From Alphaproteobacteria bacterium (GTDB lineage Bacteria > Pseudomonadota > Alphaproteobacteria > UBA2966): DNA of 64,000 bases. The position numbers were made by a program, and so were the translations under genes. Positions 55,053-64,000 of this stretch are shown one piece after another. The notes under the pieces are model-generated. The model worked only from the letters and a program-made list of their open reading frames with translations, searched no databases and was not told where the DNA came from. Position 1 is the first letter of the stretch, and the number at the start of each line of letters is the position of its first letter. The stretch covers positions 896,001 through 960,000 of the forward strand of contig OZ219858.1 of the NCBI GenBank assembly GCA_964291395.2, in the 5' to 3' direction.

Positions 55053-55913
55053 ATGTTCATACAGACCGAAGAAACCCAGGATGCATCGGAACTTCGCTTC
55101 GTTCCGGGCGTCCCGGTCCTCGAATTCGGAACCGTGTCGTTCGAGCGTGGCGATGACGTGGGGCGTTCCCCTCTCGTCGAACGACTGTTCGAGATCAGTG
55201 AACTGCGTCGGGCGGACCTCGGCACCGATTCGATCACGTTGTCCAAAGAGGACGGCAAGGATTGGACGCTGCTGAAACCGGCGATATTGGGCGTCATCAT
55301 GGACCACTTCATGTCCGAGCGTCCGGTCCTTCTCGATGGGGAGCCCGAATCGGAATCCCCGCCATCCGTCGCTACTGATAGCGAAGTCAGCGAAACAACC
55401 GGGCAAATCGAGGAACTTCTGGAGACGCGAATTCGGCCCGTCGCCCAGGACCAGGGCGGGGACATCATCTTTCACGGGTTCGAGGAGGGCCGCGTCATCC
55501 TCGAGTTCCACGGTGCCGCCCACGCGCTGCAAGGCGGGATCCAGACGATGTTGCGGCACTACATCCCCGAGGTGGAGGAAGTCGTCAATCATCTGGACAT
55601 GATTCCCAAGCCCGGACTGGACACGCCCGAAGGCAAGGCCATCAAGCGCGTGCTCGATGAAGAGATCAATCCGCAGATCGCGATGCATGGCGGACACATT
55701 GCGCTGGTCGACGTGGTCGACGATACGGCGTACGTCAGGCTCGATGGCGGCTGCCAGGGTTGTGCGATGTCGTCGCTGACCCTCAAGCAGGGGGTCGAAG
55801 GGGCGATCATGCAGGTCGCCCCGTCCGTCACTCAAGTGCTCGACACGACCGACCATGCAGGCGGCACGAACCCGTACTATCAGTCCGGCAAAGAAGGTAT
55901 GAGCCCGTTTTAG
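55053..55913 (+). CDS. Nfu-type Fe-S carrier: Nfu_N, a Cys-less NifU domain and an NfuA-type CxxC domain
   Basis: MFIQTEET N-domain; RIRP..QDQGGDI..GAAHAL without Cys; INPQIAMHGG...GGCQGC...DHAGGTNPYY. Confidence 0.85.
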   Translation: MFIQTEETQDASELRFVPGVPVLEFGTVSFERGDDVGRSPLVERLFEISELRRADLGTDSITLSKEDGKDWTLLKPAILGVIMDHFMSERPVLLDGEPESESPPSVATDSEVSETTGQIEELLETRIRPVAQDQGGDIIFHGFEEGRVILEFHGAAHALQGGIQTMLRHYIPEVEEVVNHLDMIPKPGLDTPEGKAIKRVLDEEINPQIAMHGGHIALVDVVDDTAYVRLDGGCQGCAMSSLTLKQGVEGAIMQVAPSVTQVLDTTDHAGGTNPYYQSGKEGMSPF

Positions 55914-55980
55914 TATCTTTCGTGCATGGCCGGTCTTTCGAGCCGTCCGGCTGGCCGCCACGGGGTGTGGTCGCAAGCAG

Positions 55981-57390
55981 ATGAAGGTACTCCTGGTCTC
56001 CACTTATGATCTGGGTCATCAGCCGTTTGGGCTGGCGTCACCTGCTGCCTGGCTCAAGCAGGCGGGTGCCGACGTCAGGTGTCTCGATCTCGCGGTCGAG
56101 GAATTCGACGGAGATGCCGTCGTCGACGCACGAATGGTGGCGGTCCACGTACCCATGCACACGGCGACGCGCTTGGCGGAAATGATCATCCGCCGGATTC
56201 GCGAATTGAATCCGGCCGCCCACATATGCTGTTTCGGGCTGTACGCGCCGGCCAACGCGGATTGGCTGCGAAAGCTTGGCGCCAACTCCATCGTGGGTGG
56301 AGAATTCGAAGGCCCTCTCACCGGGCTTTATCGCCGTCTCGACGGCGGCGAAGTTGGTTCGCACGAAGCGGTCCATATCTCCTTCGACAAACAGGTATTC
56401 CTGCGGCCGGACCGCCGCGGTCTGCCCCCCCTTGACCGATACGTACGACTGATTCGGTCGGATGACCGCCGAGGCGTCGTCGGCTACACGGAGGCGAGTC
56501 GCGGGTGCAAACATCGCTGCCGGCATTGTCCTGTCGTGCCCGTATATGACGGCCGGTTCCGTATCGTCCAGAGACGGGTTGTCATGGCCGACATTCGACA
56601 TCTCGTGGCGCAAGGTGCCGAGCACATCACCTTTGGCGATCCTGATTTTTTCAACGGTCCGGGACATGCTGTCGCAACCGTCCGGGCGCTGCATGCCGAA
56701 TTTCCCGAACTCACGTACGACGTCACCATCAAGATCGAGCATCTTTTGGCTCATGCGGGTCGCCTCCCCGTTCTGAAAGAGACGGGATGCCTCTTCGTGA
56801 CGACGGCTGTCGAATCGGTCGAAGATCGGATCCTGGCCCTGTTGGACAAAGGTCATGCGCGGGCCGATTTCGTCCAAGCTGCTTCACTATGCCGGCAGTA
56901 CGGGATCGATCTCGCCCCCACGTTCATTCCGTTTACCCCCTGGACCACGATTCGCGGCTATGTCGATCTGCTTGCCACGGTCGACCAGCTCGAACTTGTC
57001 GATTCCCTGTCCCCAATACAACTTGCCATTCGCCTCCTCGTGCCGCGCGGGTCGCGTTTGCGCGATCTCGAGGAGTGGCAGGAGCACGAAGGACCGTTTG
57101 ATGAGGCGGCGTTGAGTTACGGTTGGGTGCACCCGGACCCGTCGGTCGAGGGCCTGTACGCCACCGTTCGTGACATCGTGGCGAACAGTGAAGAAGCTGG
57201 CATCGGGCGACGAGCGGTTTTCTCCGCTATCTGGCAGGCTGCTCACGATGCGCTCGGACGCCGTGCCCCACCCTTGACCGCCCCGCACCACCGTCCGCGG
57301 CCGCCCCATATGAGCGAGGCATGGTATTGCTGTGCGGAACCGACCGACCGTCAACTTGCGCGCCTCGATGGCGATTCAGGCCTGACTTGA
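55981..57390 (+). CDS. CCAEP/CUAEP-tail radical SAM protein with a cobalamin-binding-like N-domain
   Basis: ASRGCKHRCRHC (CxxxCxxC), FGDPDF, C-terminal SEAWYCCAEP. Confidence 0.85.
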   Translation: MKVLLVSTYDLGHQPFGLASPAAWLKQAGADVRCLDLAVEEFDGDAVVDARMVAVHVPMHTATRLAEMIIRRIRELNPAAHICCFGLYAPANADWLRKLGANSIVGGEFEGPLTGLYRRLDGGEVGSHEAVHISFDKQVFLRPDRRGLPPLDRYVRLIRSDDRRGVVGYTEASRGCKHRCRHCPVVPVYDGRFRIVQRRVVMADIRHLVAQGAEHITFGDPDFFNGPGHAVATVRALHAEFPELTYDVTIKIEHLLAHAGRLPVLKETGCLFVTTAVESVEDRILALLDKGHARADFVQAASLCRQYGIDLAPTFIPFTPWTTIRGYVDLLATVDQLELVDSLSPIQLAIRLLVPRGSRLRDLEEWQEHEGPFDEAALSYGWVHPDPSVEGLYATVRDIVANSEEAGIGRRAVFSAIWQAAHDALGRRAPPLTAPHHRPRPPHMSEAWYCCAEPTDRQLARLDGDSGLT

Positions 57391-57461
57391 ACCGACATGA
57401 GCGCTGACATCGCGGTCGCCGGACCTGCCGAAGTGTCCTAGAGACGGCCGGCAAGATCACA

Positions 57462-58718
57462 ATGCCACGTGTCCTTCTGCTGATACCGACGACCTCGTAT
57501 CAGACGGCAGATTTCCTCGCGGCCGCCGATCAGCTCGATGTCGATGTCGTGGTGGGATCCGACGAACCCTCCGTGCTGGCGCAGGCCGCCGGAACGTCGC
57601 TGACCGTCGATTTTCGCCACCCCGATCGGGGCAGTGCGCAGATCCGGGAATTCGCTTGTCACACCCCGATCGATGCCATCGTTCCCGTCGACGAGGTAAC
57701 AACCGCGGTCGCCGCGTCGGCCGCCGACGCACTCAACTTGCGTCACAATTCACCCGAGTCGGTCTTGAAGGCCGGCAATAAATTGCGGTTGCGTGAGTGC
57801 CTTCGTGACGCGCACGTGCCGACACCGGAATTCATGCCATTGAACATCGATGCGGATGTGTCGGACGTCGCCCGCGCCGTTTCCTACCCGTGTGTGCTCA
57901 AGCCCCTCACGCTCTCCGCCAGTCGGGGCGTCATACGCGCCGATGGACACAATTCGTTCGTCGTCTCCTTCCAACGAATTCGCGACCTGCTTTCCGGTCT
58001 GGATCGCGACGGCGAGGCCGCGCGTACCATCCTTGTCGAGCAATACATCCCGGGAGCAGAAGTGGCTCTGGAAGGCCTGGTAGCGGATGGGGCACTTCGA
58101 GTCCTCGCGCTCTTCGACAAGCCCGATCCCCTGGAAGGGCCTTTCTTTCCGGAAACGATCTACGTAACTCCGTCGCGCCTCACCACGGACGAGCAAGCGA
58201 GGATCGCCGAAACGACTCAGGGCGCCATATCCGCCATGGGACTCCGGGACGGACCGGTTCACGCGGAACTGCGCCTCGGCGAGACCGGGCCCGTCATCAT
58301 CGAAGTCGCCGCTCGATCGATCGGAGGACTCTGCTCCCGGGTCCTGAGGTTCGGTGCCGGCGTGTCACTGGAGGAATTGATCCTGCGTCATGCCCTGCGC
58401 CTTCCGATAGAATCGCTCGAGCGCGAGGCCCGGCCCGCCGGTGTCATGATGCTGCCGGTTCCGGGGGAGCGGCCCGGCCGATTGCACCGCGTCGACGGCA
58501 TCGACGCGGCGCGGCTGGTGCCGGGCATCGTGGAGGTCACGCTGAGCATTCCCATCGGTGAACGAGTCGTCCCGCTACCGGAGGGAAATCGATACCTCGG
58601 CTTCATCTTCGCCCGTGGCGACACACCCGGTGCGGTGGAGCGAGCTCTCAAACGGGCATTCGCCCGAATAGAGTTCGCCGTCTCGGAAGATCAAGCCTGC
58701 GGAGGGTCTACGGCTTAA
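57462..58718 (+). CDS. ATP-grasp ligase (L-amino-acid ligase-like)
   Basis: NKLRLR, YPCVLKP..LSASRGV, LVEQYIPG.E, HAELR, IEVAAR; C-terminal RYLGFIFARG. Confidence 0.88.
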   Translation: MPRVLLLIPTTSYQTADFLAAADQLDVDVVVGSDEPSVLAQAAGTSLTVDFRHPDRGSAQIREFACHTPIDAIVPVDEVTTAVAASAADALNLRHNSPESVLKAGNKLRLRECLRDAHVPTPEFMPLNIDADVSDVARAVSYPCVLKPLTLSASRGVIRADGHNSFVVSFQRIRDLLSGLDRDGEAARTILVEQYIPGAEVALEGLVADGALRVLALFDKPDPLEGPFFPETIYVTPSRLTTDEQARIAETTQGAISAMGLRDGPVHAELRLGETGPVIIEVAARSIGGLCSRVLRFGAGVSLEELILRHALRLPIESLEREARPAGVMMLPVPGERPGRLHRVDGIDAARLVPGIVEVTLSIPIGERVVPLPEGNRYLGFIFARGDTPGAVERALKRAFARIEFAVSEDQACGGSTA

Positions 58719-58763
58719 GGCGGGGCGGCATTCCGCTCCGTTTCAGGTGGGAACGAACCATGG

Positions 58764-59648
58764 TTACGCGGCGGCTTTTCGCCGGACGATTGCGTCGTAA
58801 TCTTCCATCAGTTGCTTCGTGATTTCACCGACCGTGTATTCATGGTCGTCGATCTCGCCGACGGGCGTGACTTCCGCGGCCGTTCCCGTCACGAAGACTT
58901 CGATCGCCTTGTCGAGTTCATCGGGCATGATGGCGCGCTCGATAACCTCGATCCCGCGCCGGCCCGCGAGATCCATGACGGTCTGGCGCGTGATGCCGGA
59001 CAGAAAGCAATCGGCGGTCGGCGTGTGCAGAGCGCCGTCGAAGTTGAGGAAGATGTTCGCCCCGGTGGACTCGGAGACCTGTCCCCGCCAGTCCAGCATC
59101 AATGCGTCGTCGTATCCCCCGGCTTCCGCCTCGTGCTTTGCCAACGTGCAGATCATGTAAAGGCCCGCTGCCTTGGCTTGGACCGGCGCACATTCGGGAG
59201 ACGGACGCCGCCATTTTGTGGTCTGCAGTCGGATTCCCTTCATGCGCGCCTCGGGCGAGAAATAAGCCGGCCACGGCCAAGCCGCGATGGCCACGTGAAT
59301 CTTGTTGTTCCGCGCCGACACGCCCATCATCTCGGCACCACGCCAGGCGACGGGACGAACATATCCGTCTTGAATGCGATTGGCGGTCAACACGTCGCGG
59401 CACGCCTGATCGATTTCCTCCAAGGTGTAGGGAATCTGAAAGCCCATCACCGCGGCGGAATAAAACAGCCGTTCCGTATGCTCGCGGAGCTTGAAGATCT
59501 CTCCTTCGTAGGAACGCTCGCCTTCGAATACCGTGGAAGCGTAGTGCAGCCCGTGGTTCAGCACGTGCAGCGTGGCGTCCCGCCAGGGCATCATTTCACC
59601 ATTGTACCAGATGATGCCGTCGCGATCGTCGAACGGAGGCGAAGACAT
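58764..59648 (-). CDS. ilvE: Branched-chain amino acid aminotransferase
   Basis: HGLHYASTVFEG, AKAAGLY, ESTGAN, GITRQT, TGTAAEV. Confidence 0.95.
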   Translation of the reverse strand: MSSPPFDDRDGIIWYNGEMMPWRDATLHVLNHGLHYASTVFEGERSYEGEIFKLREHTERLFYSAAVMGFQIPYTLEEIDQACRDVLTANRIQDGYVRPVAWRGAEMMGVSARNNKIHVAIAAWPWPAYFSPEARMKGIRLQTTKWRRPSPECAPVQAKAAGLYMICTLAKHEAEAGGYDDALMLDWRGQVSESTGANIFLNFDGALHTPTADCFLSGITRQTVMDLAGRRGIEVIERAIMPDELDKAIEVFVTGTAAEVTPVGEIDDHEYTVGEITKQLMEDYDAIVRRKAAA

Positions 59649-59708
59649 ATGGCGGTCCTCGTTGCAAGGGGTGATCGGGTTAGAAAATGTCCGATCAGGT
59701 CAGTATTC

Positions 59709-59783
59709 CGCAACAATGGAACAACACATTAATTGTTGCGCTAGGTAGCACCAGAGGCAATATATGTCAACGTGACTGACGTA
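59709..59783. promoter_or_regulatory. Two palindromes in the ilvE/marR divergent promoter
   Basis: CGCAACAAT-N14-ATTGTTGCG (59709-40); TATGTCA-N7-TGACGTA (59763-83) overlapping the marR start. Confidence 0.5.
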
Positions 59784-60266
59784 AAGACCGGCCCCAATCC
59801 TCTTTTCCTGCGTGACGAGGAGCTCATCCAGGGAATCGAACTCCTGTTCTACGCCTATCGCGATTTCACCGGGGATCCCGACGCCGTTCTCGCCGAGTAC
59901 GGTTTCGGGCGGGCGCATCACAGGGTGGTCCATTTCGTGGCACGTAATCCGGGGATGTCTGTTGCCGAACTCCTGGAGATTCTGCGCATTACCAAGCAAT
60001 CGCTGTCGCGGGTCCTCAGTCAATTGGTCGAGCGCGGGTTTATCGTGCAACAGAAGGGAACGCGCGACCGGCGGCAACGGCTGCTCTATCTCACCGAAAC
60101 GGGAAGAGATCTGGCGGAGCGCCTCGCAGAACCCCAGAAACGTCGGGTAGCGCGAGCATACCGTGAAGCGGGTGCCGATGCCGTCGAAGGTTATCGGAAG
60201 GTTTTGGCCGGCCTGATCGGTGACGGTAGCCGCGAGACCGTACTTCGCTCGTTCCGACGCCGTTGA
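59772..60266 (+). CDS. MarR family regulator (PetP-like)
   Basis: ELLFYAYRDFT, GRAHHRV, ITKQSLSRVL, DRRQRLLYLT. Confidence 0.92.
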   Translation: MTDVKTGPNPLFLRDEELIQGIELLFYAYRDFTGDPDAVLAEYGFGRAHHRVVHFVARNPGMSVAELLEILRITKQSLSRVLSQLVERGFIVQQKGTRDRRQRLLYLTETGRDLAERLAEPQKRRVARAYREAGADAVEGYRKVLAGLIGDGSRETVLRSFRRR

Positions 60267-60285
60267 TGACTCCACGGCGGGCTCG

Positions 60286-60966
60286 GTGCCTGAGTTTTCA
60301 CCCCATATTCTGGTCGTCGATGACGATACCAGACTGCGTGGGTTACTCCGGGACTATCTCAGCGCCAACGGGTTCAACGTCACCACGGCGGAGCATGCCG
60401 GCGAAGCCAGGCGAAAGTTGGCCGGCCTCGAATTCGATCTTGTCGTTCTGGATGTGATGATGCCCGGTGAGTCCGGGCTCGATCTCACCGAGCATCTGCG
60501 GTCGACCTCTCAAGTTCCCGTTCTCATGTTGACGGCCCGTGGAGAAGCCGGAGATCGGATTGCCGGTCTGGAACGCGGTGCCGACGATTATCTGCCCAAG
60601 CCATTCGAGCCTCGCGAACTCATCCTGCGCATCGAGAGCATCTTGCGTCGCAGCGGGTCGGGCCGCGTGGAGCTCGATTCACTCTCCATCAACGGTCACG
60701 CCTTCAACGGCGACCGCGGGGAACTGCGTTCCGACGACCACGTCATCCGCCTGACGACGAGCGAGGCGGCACTGCTCACGATCTTTGCGGCGAACGTCGG
60801 AACAATCCTGTCGAGATCCGACTTGGCACGGCGGGTCGGCGTGAACAGCGAGCGCGCCGTCGACGTGCAAATTGCCCGACTGCGGCGTAAGATCGAGCCC
60901 GACCCCCGGAATCCGCGGCATCTGCGGACCGTGTGGGGGAAAGGGTACGTTCTTTGGCCTGACTGA
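60286..60966 (+). CDS. ompR: OmpR-family response regulator
   Basis: ILVVDDD, LDVMMPG, GADDYLPKPF, winged helix; start uncertain (GTG 60286). Confidence 0.88.
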   Translation: MPEFSPHILVVDDDTRLRGLLRDYLSANGFNVTTAEHAGEARRKLAGLEFDLVVLDVMMPGESGLDLTEHLRSTSQVPVLMLTARGEAGDRIAGLERGADDYLPKPFEPRELILRIESILRRSGSGRVELDSLSINGHAFNGDRGELRSDDHVIRLTTSEAALLTIFAANVGTILSRSDLARRVGVNSERAVDVQIARLRRKIEPDPRNPRHLRTVWGKGYVLWPD

Positions 60967-61009
60967 CATGACGTGATCGGGCGTAGCCATGCCGGGAACG
61001 CGCTGAGCC

Positions 61010-62371
61010 ATGACTCAGCTGGTCAAGAGATACTTACCGGGCGCCCTCTTCGGCCGCGCCCTGCTGATCATCGTGACGCCCGTCGTGGCGCTGCAACTCG
61101 TCGCCACCCTTATCTTTTACGAACGTCACTGGGATACCGTCACACGGCGCCTGGCGCTCGGGCTCGCTGGCGATACGGCCCTCATCATCGAGATGATGCG
61201 CAGCGCGGCGGCGCCCGAAGAGTTCGCGCCGATATTCGACTCGGCGGCGCGCTACATGTCGCTTCGGTTGACATATCTGCCGGGCGAGATCCTTCCCAGC
61301 CAACAGCCAAAGGTTAGCGTGACCAACCGCATCGTCGACCGGATGCTGAACAGGGCGTTCGCCGCGCATCTCTATCGTCCGTTTCGGATCGACACGACCA
61401 GTTTCAGGGACGACATCGAAATCCTGATACAGCTGCCGGACGGCGTGCTCAGGGTTCTCACGACGCGCAAGCGCGTCACGAGTTCGACTACCTACATCTT
61501 CATCATGTGGATGGTCGGCACGTCCCTGATCCTGTTGGCCGTCGCCATTCTTTTCCTGCGCAATCAAATTCGTCCGATCCGACGTTTGGCCGAAGCGGCG
61601 GAGGAATTTGGTAAGGGTCGAGATGTCCGCGATTTTCATCCGTCGGGCGCTACGGAAGTGCGCCAGGCGGCCACTGCCTTCATCAGTATGCGTGACCGCA
61701 TTCGGCGTCAGATCGCGCAGAGAACCGAGATGTTGGCAGGCGTCAGCCACGACCTCAGAACACCGCTGACGCGCATGAAGCTTCAGCTCGCCATGTTGAA
61801 CGAAGGCGACGACGTCGAACGCTTGAAGGCGGACGTGGCGGATATGGAGCGCATGGTTGAAGGCTATCTGGCCTTCGTGCGCGGGCAGGATGCGGAAGCC
61901 GTTGCGGATACCGACATCGCCGACCTGCTCAGATCCGTGGCGGTCGACGCGGGGCGCCAGGGTGTCGTGGTCAAGGTTTCGCTACCCGAGCAGGCGACCG
62001 GCGGCGACGAGGACGTCAAACCCGTGAACGGCTGTGTCATTCCGCTACGTCCCAATGCCATCCGGCGCTGTATGACCAACCTTGTCGACAACGCGGCCCG
62101 TTACGGGCGACGCGTAGAGATCTCAATGGACTTGCGGGAAGACCAGGTCGAGATCTCCGTTGACGATGACGGCCCTGGTATCCCGCCGGATCGGCGCGAG
62201 GAGGTCTTTCGCCCCTTCCAGAGGCTTGAGGAATCCCGCAATCCGGAGACCGGCGGCATGGGACTCGGGCTGGCCATCGCTCGGGATGTCGCCCACAACC
62301 ATGGTGGCGATATCGAATTGTCGACGTCCCCGATGGGAGGGTTGCGGGCCTCCGTCCGATTGCCTGTCTAA
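61010..62371 (+). CDS. envZ: EnvZ-like sensor histidine kinase
   Basis: 2 TM, HAMP, SHDLRTPL, NLVDNA, DDGPG, GLGLAI. Confidence 0.9.
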   Translation: MTQLVKRYLPGALFGRALLIIVTPVVALQLVATLIFYERHWDTVTRRLALGLAGDTALIIEMMRSAAAPEEFAPIFDSAARYMSLRLTYLPGEILPSQQPKVSVTNRIVDRMLNRAFAAHLYRPFRIDTTSFRDDIEILIQLPDGVLRVLTTRKRVTSSTTYIFIMWMVGTSLILLAVAILFLRNQIRPIRRLAEAAEEFGKGRDVRDFHPSGATEVRQAATAFISMRDRIRRQIAQRTEMLAGVSHDLRTPLTRMKLQLAMLNEGDDVERLKADVADMERMVEGYLAFVRGQDAEAVADTDIADLLRSVAVDAGRQGVVVKVSLPEQATGGDEDVKPVNGCVIPLRPNAIRRCMTNLVDNAARYGRRVEISMDLREDQVEISVDDDGPGIPPDRREEVFRPFQRLEESRNPETGGMGLGLAIARDVAHNHGGDIELSTSPMGGLRASVRLPV

Positions 62372-62445
62372 CCCGGTTCCGGTTCGACCGGAACCGCTCC
62401 GGCATCCCTTGTCGCTCATGGCGGCGGACCTCCGATTCCCGCCAC
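62369..62445 (+). repeat. Palindromic intergenic repeat, copy C
   Basis: TAACCCGGTTCCGGTTCGACCGGAACCGCTCCGGCATCCCTTGTCGCTCATGGCGGCGGACCTCCG. Confidence 0.7.
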
Positions 62446-62459
62446 GGAACAGATTCCAT

Positions 62460-62798
62460 TCAGTAGAGTCGGCCGCCGTTCGGCACGGTCTTGTCCGGTA
62501 CGATCAGGGTCACCTCGCCGTTCTCGTCGGGGAAGCCGAGAACGAGGACTTCGGACATGAACGGCCCGATTTGCCGCGGCGGGAAATTGACGACCGCCGC
62601 AACTTGGCGGCCCGTCAGCGCTTCCTTGTCGTAATTCGCCGTCAGCTGCGCGGATGATTTCCGTTCGCCGACCTCCGGCCCGAAATCAATGCGCAGCCTG
62701 TATGCCGGTTTTCGAGCCTCGGGAAAGTCCTCGACCGTGATGATGGTACCTGCCCGCACGTCGACGCGCAGGAAATCGTCGAAAGCAATCTCGCTCAT
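62460..62798 (-). CDS. csaA: tRNA-binding protein / secretion chaperone CsaA
   Basis: DFLRVDVRAG, FPEARKPAY, SSAQLT, VNFPPRQIG. Confidence 0.92.
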   Translation of the reverse strand: MSEIAFDDFLRVDVRAGTIITVEDFPEARKPAYRLRIDFGPEVGERKSSAQLTANYDKEALTGRQVAAVVNFPPRQIGPFMSEVLVLGFPDENGEVTLIVPDKTVPNGGRLY

Positions 62799-62803
62799 CC
62801 GAC

Positions 62804-63439
62804 TTACGAGGACGCCTCGGCGGCCGGCCCATTCGCACTTCCCGGTCCCGCGATCCCGCAGAGTTTGGCCATAACGCCGTCTGCTCTCGTCAGCTGACGA
62901 TCGACAAACGTCATCGTTTTGGCCATGTCGTCGCTCTCGTCCGACTGCCAGACCCGAATGGCCCCCAGCATGATTAGGCCGAGGCCCTCGATACGAAGCA
63001 ACCCGGAAAGACCGCCGTGGTCGATCCTGGCCGCCTCCAGCATCCAGGCCAGGGAACGCGCGTAGATCGGCCAGGCCCCGACCCAGACGAGCGGTCGGCA
63101 CCGTATGTCCCTGAAGATGGCGACGACGCCCTCCTTGTACGGGTTGAGCAGATCGAACCGCCTCATGATCACGTCGAAGAGGCGATCGCGCGCCGGTTCG
63201 GCAGCCAACGTGGGATCGTCTCCCGCGATCATCTGCTCGTCTATCTTGCGCAAGAATGCCGACACGACATGCAGTTTCGACGGAGCGACCTCATGGACCT
63301 CTCTGAGAGACAGGCCCGCCGCATCAGCGATATCGGACATGCGGGTGTCCCGCCAGCCCTGCTGCGCAGCGAGCTTCAGCGTTGCCTGGATGACCCGGTC
63401 GAGTGGATCAGCGCGTTTTGCGCGCGCCCGTTTTGCCAT
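62804..63439 (-). CDS. TetR/AcrR-like regulator
   Basis: N-terminal HTH, RDRLFDVIMRRFD, TMTFVDRQL. Confidence 0.85.
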   Translation of the reverse strand: MAKRARAKRADPLDRVIQATLKLAAQQGWRDTRMSDIADAAGLSLREVHEVAPSKLHVVSAFLRKIDEQMIAGDDPTLAAEPARDRLFDVIMRRFDLLNPYKEGVVAIFRDIRCRPLVWVGAWPIYARSLAWMLEAARIDHGGLSGLLRIEGLGLIMLGAIRVWQSDESDDMAKTMTFVDRQLTRADGVMAKLCGIAGPGSANGPAAEASS

Positions 63440-63532
63440 GTCTCGCCCTCCTCCAAGCCGGCGGCCGACTGATAATGGCACAAGATCCGTCACGTCGCGA
63501 CGCGCCGGTTTCGTACGGGCGCCGCAGGAACG

Positions 63533-64000
63533 TCAGCCGGCGAGTTCCCGTGATCGGCGTGTCGCCTCCGCCACTGCCCGAGTCAACAACTGCCCCATCC
63601 CGTCATCTGCCATCAGCACTTCGAGAGCCGCTGCGGTCGTCCCGCCGGGACTGGTGACGTTCCGCCGTAACTCGGAGGGCGTCTCCCCTGATTGACGTGC
63701 AAGTTCGCCCGCACCCGCTACCGTCGCCCGGGCGAGTTGCATGGCGAGACCCGAAGGCAGTCCGGCCTCCGTGCCTGCCTCGGCCAAATACTCGATGAGC
63801 AGAAATACATAGGCCGGCCCACTCCCGGATGTCGCCGTCACGGCATCGAGGAGGCCCTCGTCTTCCACCCACGCGACCTCTCCCACCGCCGCCAGCAGTT
63901 CGTCGCAGGTCGCCCGACCATCGCCGGTGACATGCCTGTTGGCACAGGCAACGCTGATACCGCGGCCGACGGCGGCCGGCGTGTTTGGCATTGCACGGAC
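63533..64000 (-). CDS. proC: Pyrroline-5-carboxylate reductase, 3' part
   Basis: RAMPNTP, SGSGPAY, VTSPGGTT. Confidence 0.95.
   Translation of the reverse strand, partial: VRAMPNTPAAVGRGISVACANRHVTGDGRATCDELLAAVGEVAWVEDEGLLDAVTATSGSGPAYVFLLIEYLAEAGTEAGLPSGLAMQLARATVAGAGELARQSGETPSELRRNVTSPGGTTAAALEVLMADDGMGQLLTRAVAEATRRSRELAG

Noticed and set aside
57325-57345. Selenocysteine recoding in the rSAM tail
   Set aside because: The codons are TGC TGT with no in-frame TGA.
57397-57441. 14-aa ORF MSADIAVAGPAEVS as a RiPP precursor
   Set aside because: It is very short, with no RBS and no leader/core features; likely chance.

Overview
High-G+C alphaproteobacterial chromosome segment. The Rhodospirillales-like gene order and gene content are inferred, not proven. 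Most of it is conserved backbone: ettA(part), pckA, tRNA-Ile2, rpoD, dnaG, yqeY, carAB, greA, lrp, trxB, lsrB/vtlR, EF-G-like, aminotransferase, uvrB, folB, uvrC, pgsA, mobB, moeA, moaDE, ilvE, marR, ompR/envZ, csaA, tetR, proC(part). The main non-routine features are: (1) a ~8.7 kb sulfur cassette (IclR, SELENBP1-type methanethiol oxidase, ferredoxin, CoA-binding protein, AhpD-like peroxidase, soeABC) bracketed by direct repeats of the msrP 3' end, with no integrase; (2) an unannotated, highly structured sRNA with anti-Shine-Dalgarno motifs and a LysR box downstream of lsrB/vtlR (AbcR-like); (3) a DARS-like DnaA-box triplet plus a perfect IHF consensus upstream of uvrC; (4) a chimeric Nfu protein, a CCAEP-tail radical SAM enzyme and an ATP-grasp ligase forming a gene trio of unknown product; (5) an ELM1-family gene coupled to a 644-aa uncharacterised repeat protein; (6) a three-copy ~80-bp palindromic repeat family that begins at stop codons; (7) a serine-recombinase relic at the tRNA. 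All alignments and counts were made by eye and no database searches were run.
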